Assembly (NCBI GenBank): GCA_964615415.1 | Contig: CAZTNI010000003.1 | Span: 79,235-143,234, forward strand | DNA length: 64,000 nucleotides | Source of the DNA: an uncultured Candidatus Saccharibacteria bacterium | GTDB taxonomy: Bacteria; Patescibacteriota; Minisyncoccia; Phycocordibacterales; SBAW01 | Reading direction: 5' to 3' | The notes under the pieces: model-generated | Told to the model about the DNA's origin: nothing | Databases searched by the model: none | What the model saw: the letters and a program-made list of their open reading frames with translations, nothing else | Made by a program: the position numbers and the translations under genes | Shown: in pieces, positions 18,602 through 26,810 of the stretch | Numbering within the stretch: the stretch's first letter is position 1 | How the letters are laid out: each line of letters opens with the position of its first letter

Positions 18602-19735
18602 TTAGCGAATTTTTGCGCCGTATTGGCCTACGGTTGTCTCTTCGAGCTTCTTGTGGAGCGCGTCTATTTCCTCGCTGGTCAATGTACGGTCGAGCGAGCG
18701 GTACACCAAACGGTAGGTGTAGCTAGTCATATTCTCGCCGAATTTTTTCGGGTCACTATAGTTGTCGCGCAGCTGCACTTCTTCTATGAGGTCTTCACCA
18801 ACCGTTTCGCGGATCAGGTCAAAGTAGTCGTTCGGTGTAAAATCGTTTTTTACGATAAATGAAATGTCGCGTACGGCCGCAGGGTACTTGCTGACCTCTT
18901 TAAATTTCTGTCCCAACTTCAACTGGCTCGTAACACGCGGGTCCGTAGACCACAGGAGGCGAATGTCTGGGAGTTCCATGCCGATGATGGCCAAGCGCTC
19001 AAGACCAAAGCCGAATGCCCAGCCGTTGTAGCCCTCGAGCCCCATGTTTTTAAGCACCGACTTTTTTGGCATGCCGCCGCCCAAAATTTCAATCCATCGG
19101 TCGCCGACTTTTACCTCTACTTGGAGTGATGGGTCGGTGTAGGGGAACGTGTCGTCTAAAAAGCGATACTCAGTTTCTTTGCCAAAAAGGCCTTCAACCA
19201 CTTCGGAGAGAACTTTTTTGAGTTCATCGATCGGCATAATGCCTTTGCTGTCGCTCTGGAGTAGCCATCCGCCAAACTGGTGGAAGACGTTCATGTGGCG
19301 GTTGTCGATTTCGTCTTTACGATACACTTTGCCGTAGCAGACGCAGCCAACATCTTCGCCACGAGCAATACGCTCCTTCACTTCCGGAAGATTGAGGTAG
19401 TAGTACCACATGACGGTGTCGTGTGGACGCAGAATGTGCGTGTCGTCTATGTAGTACGTGTCCGACTTGCTGCGTGCAGGATGGTCTGCAGCAAAATCAA
19501 AGAGGTCGAAGGCGATGTCGGTCGGCACGACTTCTGGAATAACAATGTTATCGAGCTTTGAAAGTGCCTGGGTGGCACGCGCACGAGCAACAAGCTCAAA
19601 GAGCGGGTGCCCTGCACTGCGCGAGAGGTCGGGCATAGAAAGAACGCGCTTCATGCGTACTGCGTCCGTGTCGGTGCGACCCTCGAGAGAGCCAATTAAT
19701 TTCTTTTCTTCGTCGCGGGAAATAGCGTATTCCAT
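18602..19735 (-). CDS. pheS: phenylalanine--tRNA ligase, alpha-type catalytic core fused to a C-terminal FDX-ACB anticodon-binding domain
   Basis: Class II motifs (GKVYRKDEIDNRHMNVFHQFGG; GFGFGLERLAI) followed by ~100 aa resembling the FDX-ACB domain (KYPAAVRDISFIV...YRLVYRSLDRTLTSEEI); start at MEYAIS just past the upstream terminator. Confidence 0.75.
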   Translation of the reverse strand: MEYAISRDEEKKLIGSLEGRTDTDAVRMKRVLSMPDLSRSAGHPLFELVARARATQALSKLDNIVIPEVVPTDIAFDLFDFAADHPARSKSDTYYIDDTHILRPHDTVMWYYYLNLPEVKERIARGEDVGCVCYGKVYRKDEIDNRHMNVFHQFGGWLLQSDSKGIMPIDELKKVLSEVVEGLFGKETEYRFLDDTFPYTDPSLQVEVKVGDRWIEILGGGMPKKSVLKNMGLEGYNGWAFGFGLERLAIIGMELPDIRLLWSTDPRVTSQLKLGQKFKEVSKYPAAVRDISFIVKNDFTPNDYFDLIRETVGEDLIEEVQLRDNYSDPKKFGENMTSYTYRLVYRSLDRTLTSEEIDALHKKLEETTVGQYGAKIR

Positions 19736-19777
19736 ACAAATATTGTTGCGACCAGAGTACCACAGAAATTTCGATAG

Positions 19778-19810
19778 GTAAAAGAAAACCGCCGACATGA
19801 ATGTCGGCGG
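19778..19810 (-). terminator. rho-independent terminator of the sigma-factor gene
   Basis: CCGCCGACAT-TCA-ATGTCGGCGG hairpin followed by TTTTCTTTT on the minus strand. Confidence 0.7.
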
Positions 19811-19817
19811 TACGTGC

Positions 19818-20570
19818 TTATGCGGCTTGAAAAATTTCTGCAACTCTTCCGTCAGGAAGCAGAATTTTTCGCAGGAGGTTGAAGTTAACTCCGCCTACTT
19901 CTAGGTCATGTTGCGTTTGGGGTGGGATAGACCGAACTGGATATATCTTGCGAGGTTTTTGTTGAGCCGGTCGGGTCTTTACGTGCGTGGTCGACTTAGA
20001 GAGAGGCACGTCTTCAAGCCATTGAGCCAAGTTCTTCTGTGGTGATGGTTCCGGGGTGTCGCTATGGAGGGTCTCTTCGTCCGCGGACACTAATTTTTTC
20101 AGTCCTTCTCGAGCTCTTGAAACTCGAGATTTAATCGTTCCAATCCGGACGCCCGTCTTCTTTACAGCATCTTCGTAGGAAAGGCCACTGTAGCCTACAA
20201 GATAGAGAGCCTCTTGCTGCTCAGGAGGGAGCCTAGATATAAACCGTTCAACGATAAGTTTATACTCCAGAACTTCTTCCTGTGAGTCTGCCGATTCTAC
20301 ATTGATCGAATGTGTCCCGTCTACATCTTCTACCTCACGTCGCCGCTTCCTTCCTTCGGAATAGAAATGGTTCCTGAGAATAGTGACCAGCCAGGCAGAC
20401 AAATTGGTTCCAGGTGTGAATTTTTCTGTGCTCTGTAGTGCGCGAGCAACAGTTTCTTGTACGAGATCGTCTGCGTAGGTTCGGTTGTCTGATAAAGAGC
20501 GTGCGAATGCTCGCAGCATGGGAAGGGCGGGCAAAATAGCTCTTCCCATTTCTTCAAGCGAGAGATGCAT
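19818..20570 (-). CDS. ECF-type sigma-70 family sigma factor with ~85-aa C-terminal extension
   Basis: Region 2 (DLVQETVARAL...LRNHFY) and region 4 HTH (LSYEDAVKKTGVRIGTIKSRVSRAREGL) then an extra Pro/Gln-rich tail. Confidence 0.75.
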   Translation of the reverse strand: MHLSLEEMGRAILPALPMLRAFARSLSDNRTYADDLVQETVARALQSTEKFTPGTNLSAWLVTILRNHFYSEGRKRRREVEDVDGTHSINVESADSQEEVLEYKLIVERFISRLPPEQQEALYLVGYSGLSYEDAVKKTGVRIGTIKSRVSRAREGLKKLVSADEETLHSDTPEPSPQKNLAQWLEDVPLSKSTTHVKTRPAQQKPRKIYPVRSIPPQTQHDLEVGGVNFNLLRKILLPDGRVAEIFQAA

Positions 20571-20682
20571 GTAACCCCCTCTGTCTAGAGTGTTCGTCCG
20601 GAGCGCACTATACTACATATTGACATGCAGTTGCAACGTGGTATTTTGTGGCGCAGTTGGTCGTTACACATCGGAGGAAACA

Positions 20683-21642
20683 ATGACAGTTCCGCCCACT
20701 CTTTCAATAGACGAGCGTTTTGCAAAGTTGACTGATGAGCAGCGAAAGTTTGTTCATCGTCTTATCGATAAAACAGACCAAGATATTGCTCAGATGCTTT
20801 CTTTGAGTGAAGAGCATGTTGTGGAAGCGGTGCGTGGAGTCATGCACACACTTGGCATCGAGCAAGGGGAGTACACTGACGGACGAAAAGCCCTTGTTGA
20901 ACTTGCGAAAGAATTCTTCAATACCGAAGGGGCCGAAAGCTCCGAAGAATCTGAGCTTCCGCCGTCTGCGGAGGTCCAGGAAAGGGCGTTGCATCAGTTG
21001 ACTGAATCTCCTGACCTTGCAGCGCTTGCACAAGCTATTGCTCGGTTTACGCCGCGTGATAGAGAAGTTCTTGATGCGGTTGCTGAAGCAGGAGAGGACA
21101 AAAATGCTCAAAAAACTTTGTCGAGAAAATTGGGTATACAAGAAGCAAGCTTGAAGGCGCGTAAGAGCTACCTACTTGTGAACATGGGCCTTCCCGCGAC
21201 GAAGTATTCTTCGGAAGAACGTCTGCGGATTCTGCGTCAGGTGTTGCTGCTCGTTCCTAAAGAAAGAATGCTTCCAGAGCCAGTAAAAAAGCGGACACAA
21301 AATAAACATGATGCGCAGTTGTCTGTGTTGCCGCCCCTGAAAGTCTCGGAGAGTACTGGTAAGACAAACGGGGCAACTCATCCGTCGCCTTCGCTGATGA
21401 ACCCGCCTGATCTCATTGGAGCTCCGGCAGGACATGGACTTGTGATTCCGCTTCCTGCGAACACAGTGAACGTTGATGTGTTGTCGACCGAGTTCTCTGG
21501 CAGGAAAGCACCGTCGGAAATTAAAGGGGAAATCGGAAAACGGCGTGCGCAAGGCCTGGTGCCGAAATTCCTTGTGCTTATTCCGACGAGTGACCCGAAA
21601 ATAACCCAGGCTCACATCGTCTCTGTTGAGGAGAAGAAGTGA
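20683..21642 (+). CDS. hypothetical HTH-containing protein divergent from the ECF sigma gene
   Basis: GGAGGAAACAATG RBS/start at 20683; two sigma region-4-like HTH segments (DIAQMLSLSEEHVVEAV; LSRKLGIQEASLKARKSYL); otherwise novel. Confidence 0.5.
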   Translation: MTVPPTLSIDERFAKLTDEQRKFVHRLIDKTDQDIAQMLSLSEEHVVEAVRGVMHTLGIEQGEYTDGRKALVELAKEFFNTEGAESSEESELPPSAEVQERALHQLTESPDLAALAQAIARFTPRDREVLDAVAEAGEDKNAQKTLSRKLGIQEASLKARKSYLLVNMGLPATKYSSEERLRILRQVLLLVPKERMLPEPVKKRTQNKHDAQLSVLPPLKVSESTGKTNGATHPSPSLMNPPDLIGAPAGHGLVIPLPANTVNVDVLSTEFSGRKAPSEIKGEIGKRRAQGLVPKFLVLIPTSDPKITQAHIVSVEEKK

Positions 21643-21654
21643 TACGTTTCTTTA

Positions 21655-21696
21655 CAGAGCCTCTCCGGCATTTTGGAGAGGCTTTTTCTTTTATTT
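21655..21696 (+). terminator. rho-independent terminator
   Basis: GAGCCTCTCCGGCATTTTGGAGAGGCT hairpin followed by TTTTCTTTTATTTT. Confidence 0.6.
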
Positions 21697-21783
21697 TAAG
21701 CCTTTTTTCGTCTACTTATCCACTTTCTTTTTGACCTAGTTTTGCTATACTAAAGGAGTAATTTAACGGTTCTCGACACTACT

Positions 21784-23847
21784 GTGGCTGATAAAGAAAA
21801 GGAGAAAAAGCATGTATATAGCGCCGAGGACATTACGGTTCTAGAAGGGCTCGAAGCAGTCCGTCGCCGTCCGGGTATGTACATCGGTACCACTGGTCCC
21901 GATGGCCTTCACCATCTTGTCTGGGAAATCTTCGACAACTCACGCGACGAGGCGATGGGTGGTTTTGCAAACGACATCGAAGTCGCTATTTTCCCTGGAG
22001 AGCATGTTCGTGTTGCCGACAACGGTCGCGGTATTCCGGTAGACCTCCACAAACAAACAAAGGTGTCTGCACTCGAAACTATTATGACCGTGCTCCACGC
22101 CGGTGGTAAATTCGGCGGCGAGGGCTACAAAGTTTCCGGCGGTCTCCACGGCGTGGGTGCGTCAGTAGTAAACGCACTTTCAACCTACATGCGTGTCGAG
22201 GTACACCGCGACGGCGGCATCCACATGCAGGAGTACGCAAAGGGTAAGAAGAAAGCCGCAGTAAAAAAGATCGGCTCTTCAAAGCTCCACGGCACGGTAA
22301 CTATCTTTACGCCCGACCCAGAGATCTTTACCGGCAGCGTAAAGTACGACTTCGACAAAATCGTCTCGCATCTCCGCGAGCAGGCATACCTCGTGAAAGG
22401 GCTTCGTATTACTATTATTGATGCACGCGAGAGCGGCATGAAGTTGCCTGAAGCAGGCGAGGACCTCTACGTCCGGAACATGCTCTCGGATTGTCCGTCG
22501 CAGACCTTCTACTTTGAAGGCGGTTTGCGCTCGCTCATTTCCTTCTACAACCGCTACCAAAAGCCGGTCCACAAAAACATTTTCTATATCGATAAAGAGG
22601 CAAACGACATTGCAGTTGAAGTGGCGCTCCAATATGTGGACGACATCACGCCGCGCCTCCTTGCGTTCGCAAACAATATTTACAACTCCGAGGGCGGCAC
22701 ACACGTAACCGGCTTCCGCACCGCGCTTACACGCTCGCTTAACGCATACGCTCGCAAGAGCAACGCGCTCAAAGAAAGCGAAGAAAACTTTACTGGTGAT
22801 GACGTGCTCGAAGGTTTGACCGCTGTTGTGTCTATTAAGATGCGCGAAATTCAGTTCGAAGGTCAGACCAAAGCAAAGCTCGGAAGTGTCGAGGCTCGTG
22901 GCGCAGTAGAAGCAGTCTTTAGCGAAGCATTTGCAACCTTCCTTGAGGAAAATCCTGACGATGCGCGCGCTATGGTCGGCAAGGCAGTCTTGGCACTTAA
23001 AGCACGCAAGGCAGCAAAAGCCGCAAAAGACTCTGTGCTCCGTAAAGGTGCGCTTGAAGGCTTTGGTCTTCCGGGTAAGCTCGCAGACTGCCAAAGTAAG
23101 GAAGCGCCAGAGTCTGAGGTGTTTATTGTGGAAGGAGACTCGGCAGGCGGCTCTGCAAAGATGGGTCGCGACCGCCGCACCCAGGCCATCCTTCCGTTGC
23201 GCGGAAAAATTCTTAACGTTGAGCGCGCTCGCCTCGACAAAATGCTCGCATCGCAGGAAATTAAGCATGTTATCTTGGCGCTCGGTACTGCTATCGGCGA
23301 CGTATTCGACATCTCGAAACTTCGCTACCACAAAATCATCATCGCAACTGATGCCGATGTTGACGGCGCACACATCCGCACACTCCTCCTAACACTGTTC
23401 TTCCGTCACTTCCGCCCGGTAGTAGAAGGTGGCTACCTCTACATCGCACAGCCGCCGCTCTATAAAATTAAAAAGGGTAAAGAAATTACCTACGCATATT
23501 CAGACGAGGAAAAAATAAAAATCGTTGGTAAAGACGCTCCTGAGATTGAAGAAGAAGGTGAGCCGGGCGAACCTGCTGAAGAGGCTCCTGCAGAAGAAGC
23601 AGAGGAAGAGCAGTCGGCAAAGAAGTCTTCTAAAGTACACATCCAGCGTTACAAGGGTCTTGGAGAAATGAACCCAGAAGAGCTCTGGGAAACTACAATG
23701 AACCCCGCTAACCGTGTGTTGAAGCAAGTAGACATTGCAGACGCACAAGAGGCAGACAAAGTCTTCGATATTTTGATGGGTGAGGACGTACTCTCGCGTA
23801 AGTCATTCATTCAGTCAAACGCAAAACAAGCAAACCTCGATATTTAA
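21784..23847 (+). CDS. gyrB: DNA gyrase subunit B
   Basis: GHKL ATPase (WEIFDNSRDEAMGG, HGVGASVVNALS), TOPRIM (EGDSAGGSAKMGRDR), C-terminal QRYKGLGEMNPEELWETTMNP. Confidence 0.92.
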   Translation: MADKEKEKKHVYSAEDITVLEGLEAVRRRPGMYIGTTGPDGLHHLVWEIFDNSRDEAMGGFANDIEVAIFPGEHVRVADNGRGIPVDLHKQTKVSALETIMTVLHAGGKFGGEGYKVSGGLHGVGASVVNALSTYMRVEVHRDGGIHMQEYAKGKKKAAVKKIGSSKLHGTVTIFTPDPEIFTGSVKYDFDKIVSHLREQAYLVKGLRITIIDARESGMKLPEAGEDLYVRNMLSDCPSQTFYFEGGLRSLISFYNRYQKPVHKNIFYIDKEANDIAVEVALQYVDDITPRLLAFANNIYNSEGGTHVTGFRTALTRSLNAYARKSNALKESEENFTGDDVLEGLTAVVSIKMREIQFEGQTKAKLGSVEARGAVEAVFSEAFATFLEENPDDARAMVGKAVLALKARKAAKAAKDSVLRKGALEGFGLPGKLADCQSKEAPESEVFIVEGDSAGGSAKMGRDRRTQAILPLRGKILNVERARLDKMLASQEIKHVILALGTAIGDVFDISKLRYHKIIIATDADVDGAHIRTLLLTLFFRHFRPVVEGGYLYIAQPPLYKIKKGKEITYAYSDEEKIKIVGKDAPEIEEEGEPGEPAEEAPAEEAEEEQSAKKSSKVHIQRYKGLGEMNPEELWETTMNPANRVLKQVDIADAQEADKVFDILMGEDVLSRKSFIQSNAKQANLDI

Positions 23848-23854
23848 TAAAAAG

Positions 23855-23886
23855 AAATCCCGCGCGGCTGCCGCGCGGGATTTTCA
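23855..23886. terminator. bidirectional terminator
   Basis: ATCCCGCGCGG-CTG-CCGCGCGGGAT hairpin flanked by A/T runs on both sides. Confidence 0.6.
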
Positions 23887-24126
23887 TGTGAGCGGTATGT
23901 TCATCAGAACTCGCGAAATTCCTTTTACGTGGTCGATCACTTTGGTCGAAGCTTCCGCTATTTGTTCTATCGAAAGCTCAACAGGGAAAGAAACATATAT
24001 GCTAGTTTCGTAGACCCGAGCATCGCCTTGCACGCCTACTGAATTGGGGCCCAATCCTGTCGCTTGTGCGCCGTAAGGGTCGAGAATCGTCTGCACTTTT
24101 TGCAGCAGTGCCTCGTCTGAACTCAC
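23884..24126 (-). pseudogene. guaA: GMP synthase (guaA) C-terminal dimerisation-domain fragment, 80 aa
   Basis: SVGVQGDARVYETS...VDHVKGISRVLMNI matches the conserved extreme C-terminus of GuaA; no GATase/ATP-PPase portion upstream; GTG start with GAGGAGG RBS. Confidence 0.5.
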
Positions 24127-24183
24127 GCTATCCTCCTCTAAAGATCTAAGAGTTTTAGTATAGCTAAAGAATTTGTATAAACA

Positions 24184-24213
24184 AAACCCCCGCCAATTGG
24201 CGGGGTTTTTGTT
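24184..24213. terminator. bidirectional terminator
   Basis: AAACCCCCGCC-AATT-GGCGGGGGTTT hairpin then TTTGTTTTT. Confidence 0.55.
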
Positions 24214-24228
24214 TTTCCTACAAGAGAA

Positions 24229-25428
24229 TTAGTAGGTGAGGTAGGTTGTTGCGCGGTTGTTGTTTTCGTTCAACTCCGGTACCCAGTTGTTTGGGTCTGC
24301 AGTAACGGTAACCACACGGTTCGTATTGTATGGGTACTGATACTGGTTTTGATTGTAGTTAGTACCCACATCAATCCAGTTACCGTTCACGTCAGTGTAA
24401 CCGCACGAGTAGATATTGGTGTATCCGTTGTAACGGTAGCCACAGGTAATATTCTGATTGTTGTAGTAGTTATAGTTCGGATTCTGGTACTGGCAGTTGT
24501 TCGGGTACTGCATGGTGCATACCTGACCATCTACGTACGCATCAAAGCCAAGAGTGTAGACAATTTTGTCGCCTGGATAGAGCGCCTGCTGTGCTTGAGA
24601 TGCAAAAGTGTAGGTATTTGGCGTCCACGGAATAAGTGCATTGAAGTTCCAACCACTCTGTACAACGTTGGTGCCAACGTTCGTGATGGTGAACTGCATC
24701 GTGTAGCGACGAGTATTCTGCTGCTGACCATACTGATTGTAGGTCGGCTGTACAGACGTAATAGTTACTGCCAAGTCGCCGTAGCCGTAGAGCTGCGTTG
24801 CTTGTACTGCTGCAGGAACGTAGGTTGCTGAGCTATTGTTGTTATTTGTATTTGAATTCGAAGGAGTGCCGCTTACTACCATGCGCTTTACATCTACTTC
24901 TGCGGTTGCTGCGTCTACTGAGTTGCCGTCCGTGTCGTATGCAGTAACGGTGATGTACGCAGTGCGTGATGCGGCTGAAGAGTCGATTGTTCCAATAAGG
25001 CGCATTTTTGCAGTTGCGCTCACCTCGTTAAATTCGGTGTCGCACGGCATCACTTCGTAGTTACCATTTGCGCGTGGCGCCTTAATGGTGACGCCCGTGT
25101 TACAGCGGTAGGCGAGTGTATAGGTGTAACCAGCGGCGTTATCCTGATCCCACTTCACTTGGAAGTTACTTGCGTTAATAACTGACTCTGGAGCAGAAAC
25201 GGTCAAGCTTGAAGGAGTATTGTTAGTGCCATCAGTGTTGCCACCGAATGCGCCGCCAATAGAGCTGCCGATATTGCCAAATACGGACGGAAGGTTAAAA
25301 GCAAGTAAAATAATGCCCCATGCGCCCAAAACGAGTACTGCTAAAAGGCCCACGATAGCGATCGTACGCAAAAATACCTCACGAGCACCGCTGCCGCCCT
25401 CTGTGTGATGTGTGTTGTGATCTGCCAT
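24229..25428 (-). CDS. membrane-anchored surface protein with C-terminal CARDB-like domain and Asn/Tyr/Gln-rich region
   Basis: TM helix near N-terminus; TITNVGTNVVQSGW and VTVTADPNNWVPELNENNN CARDB hallmarks; start placed at second ATG (25428) to leave room for the -35/-10. Confidence 0.6.
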   Translation of the reverse strand: MADHNTHHTEGGSGAREVFLRTIAIVGLLAVLVLGAWGIILLAFNLPSVFGNIGSSIGGAFGGNTDGTNNTPSSLTVSAPESVINASNFQVKWDQDNAAGYTYTLAYRCNTGVTIKAPRANGNYEVMPCDTEFNEVSATAKMRLIGTIDSSAASRTAYITVTAYDTDGNSVDAATAEVDVKRMVVSGTPSNSNTNNNNSSATYVPAAVQATQLYGYGDLAVTITSVQPTYNQYGQQQNTRRYTMQFTITNVGTNVVQSGWNFNALIPWTPNTYTFASQAQQALYPGDKIVYTLGFDAYVDGQVCTMQYPNNCQYQNPNYNYYNNQNITCGYRYNGYTNIYSCGYTDVNGNWIDVGTNYNQNQYQYPYNTNRVVTVTADPNNWVPELNENNNRATTYLTY

Positions 25429-25476
25429 ATGTGCATGGGAGCCTATCATAGTTGAGCCTAGCTGTCAAGCTCAAAC

Positions 25477-25505
25477 TTGACAAAACTGGGGGTTTGGTGT
25501 AATAT
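25477..25505 (+). promoter_or_regulatory. sigma70-like promoter of the sortase gene; -35 lies in a palindrome shared with a divergent minus-strand -35
   Basis: TTGACA-17 nt-TAATAT; TGTCAAGCTCAAACTTGACA palindrome gives TTGACA hexamers on both strands. Confidence 0.45.
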
Positions 25506-25564
25506 ATATATAGCCCTTGAAAACAGGCCCTTTGGGGCTACTGTGGCCAAGAGCATAAACGAGT

Positions 25565-26209
25565 ATGCACCAGAAGAATCGTGGCGTTATTGGGAATATT
25601 GCGCAGCAGCCAGGCAGTTATGCCGTGGCGTTTCTCGTAATTTTCTTTGTAACGTACGGCTTTTTGTCGATCGTAGGCGCTACGCCGGACCCGGTAGTAA
25701 CCGAGGAGGCGCAGGGTGCTACGGTTACAGAAACTCCTGTTGCGACTGCGAAGTCGGTGAAGGAGCTTCCGGTCCGCATTGTCGTTGCGAAGATAGGTGT
25801 TGATGCGAGTGTTGCTAATCCGCAGTCAACTAATCTTGCCGTGCTCGACCAGTCTCTCAAGGACGGTGCCGCACGCTACCCAACATCTGCGCTTTTGGGC
25901 GAGGAGGGTACCATGGTTGTCTTCGGTCACTCGAGCTACCTTCCGGTTGTTCTTAATCAGACCTATAAAACCTTTACCGGTGTCCAGACCTTGAAGAAAG
26001 GCGAGGTAATTAGCGTCTACTCTGCAACGCGCGAATATCGTTACGCGGTCAAAAGCGTACGTGTTGCGAATGCCGAGGAAGATGTGGTAGAACTCGCACA
26101 GCGTGGCAAGGAACTCGTAATCGTTACTTGCGACTCTTTCTCCAAGAAAACAAGCCGCTTTGTCGTTACTGCGGAATTTGTAGGAACATACTCGCTCGCC
26201 TCTAACTAA
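25565..26209 (+). CDS. sortase family transpeptidase
   Basis: N-terminal TM anchor; catalytic His (VVFGHSS), TLxTC-like Cys (LVIVTCDS) and Arg (SRFVVTAEF). Confidence 0.8.
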   Translation: MHQKNRGVIGNIAQQPGSYAVAFLVIFFVTYGFLSIVGATPDPVVTEEAQGATVTETPVATAKSVKELPVRIVVAKIGVDASVANPQSTNLAVLDQSLKDGAARYPTSALLGEEGTMVVFGHSSYLPVVLNQTYKTFTGVQTLKKGEVISVYSATREYRYAVKSVRVANAEEDVVELAQRGKELVIVTCDSFSKKTSRFVVTAEFVGTYSLASN

Positions 26210-26340
26210 AGAGGCGCGTGGATATGTCTCTATAAAAGAGACACACTAGTGCCCGAAACGGGAAGACTACAGAGTACTCTGAAATTCAGTAGATCAACTA
26301 AACCAGTCCTCGAAAGAGGACATAACCAAAGGAGGCCACT

Positions 26341-26802
26341 ATGGCCAATGCTGATGAAACCAATACTCCTCCGGCTGAAAACCCGGAGGTGTCGCCAGCG
26401 CTGCTGAAACTCCTCGTCGATCTCCTGTCTGACAACAATCGGCAGGTGATCGGTCCCGAGATCAACAAGCGTCTCAAGCCGCTTCGCGACGCCTTTACGA
26501 AGGCCCGCGAAGACGCTCAGAGCGCTTCGACCGTCTCGGCTGAGGCGAAGGAGGCTGCTGCTCGCGCAGTCGCACAACTCGATGCTATCGAGCGTGCGCT
26601 CAACGAGCGTCTTGCCGAATTCACTCAGCGTTCGGACGAACAGGCGGTGGAAATCGCCCGTGGCGTCGACGCCCTGAAGGCTGAACTCGACGGACTCCGC
26701 CGCACGGTGGAGGTCGGCAACGTCAACCGCCCTCAGATCCTCGGCCAGCTCCAGAAGGCGCTGGTCGAGGGGATGAAGGACGAAACCCCACCCACGGAGT
26801 AA
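26341..26802 (+). CDS. hypothetical acidic coiled-coil protein (GC-rich island gene 1)
   Basis: AAGGAGG RBS 7 nt upstream; 153 aa, Ala/Glu/Arg-rich predicted coiled coil; local GC about 60%. Confidence 0.55.
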   Translation: MANADETNTPPAENPEVSPALLKLLVDLLSDNNRQVIGPEINKRLKPLRDAFTKAREDAQSASTVSAEAKEAAARAVAQLDAIERALNERLAEFTQRSDEQAVEIARGVDALKAELDGLRRTVEVGNVNRPQILGQLQKALVEGMKDETPPTE

Positions 26803-26810
26803 CTACTCGC

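Noticed and set aside
22279-23373. 364-aa minus-strand ORF antisense to gyrB, plus 22863-23392 ORFs
   Set aside because: Completely overlapped by the strongly conserved gyrB frame; Cys/Arg-rich composition typical of antisense artefacts
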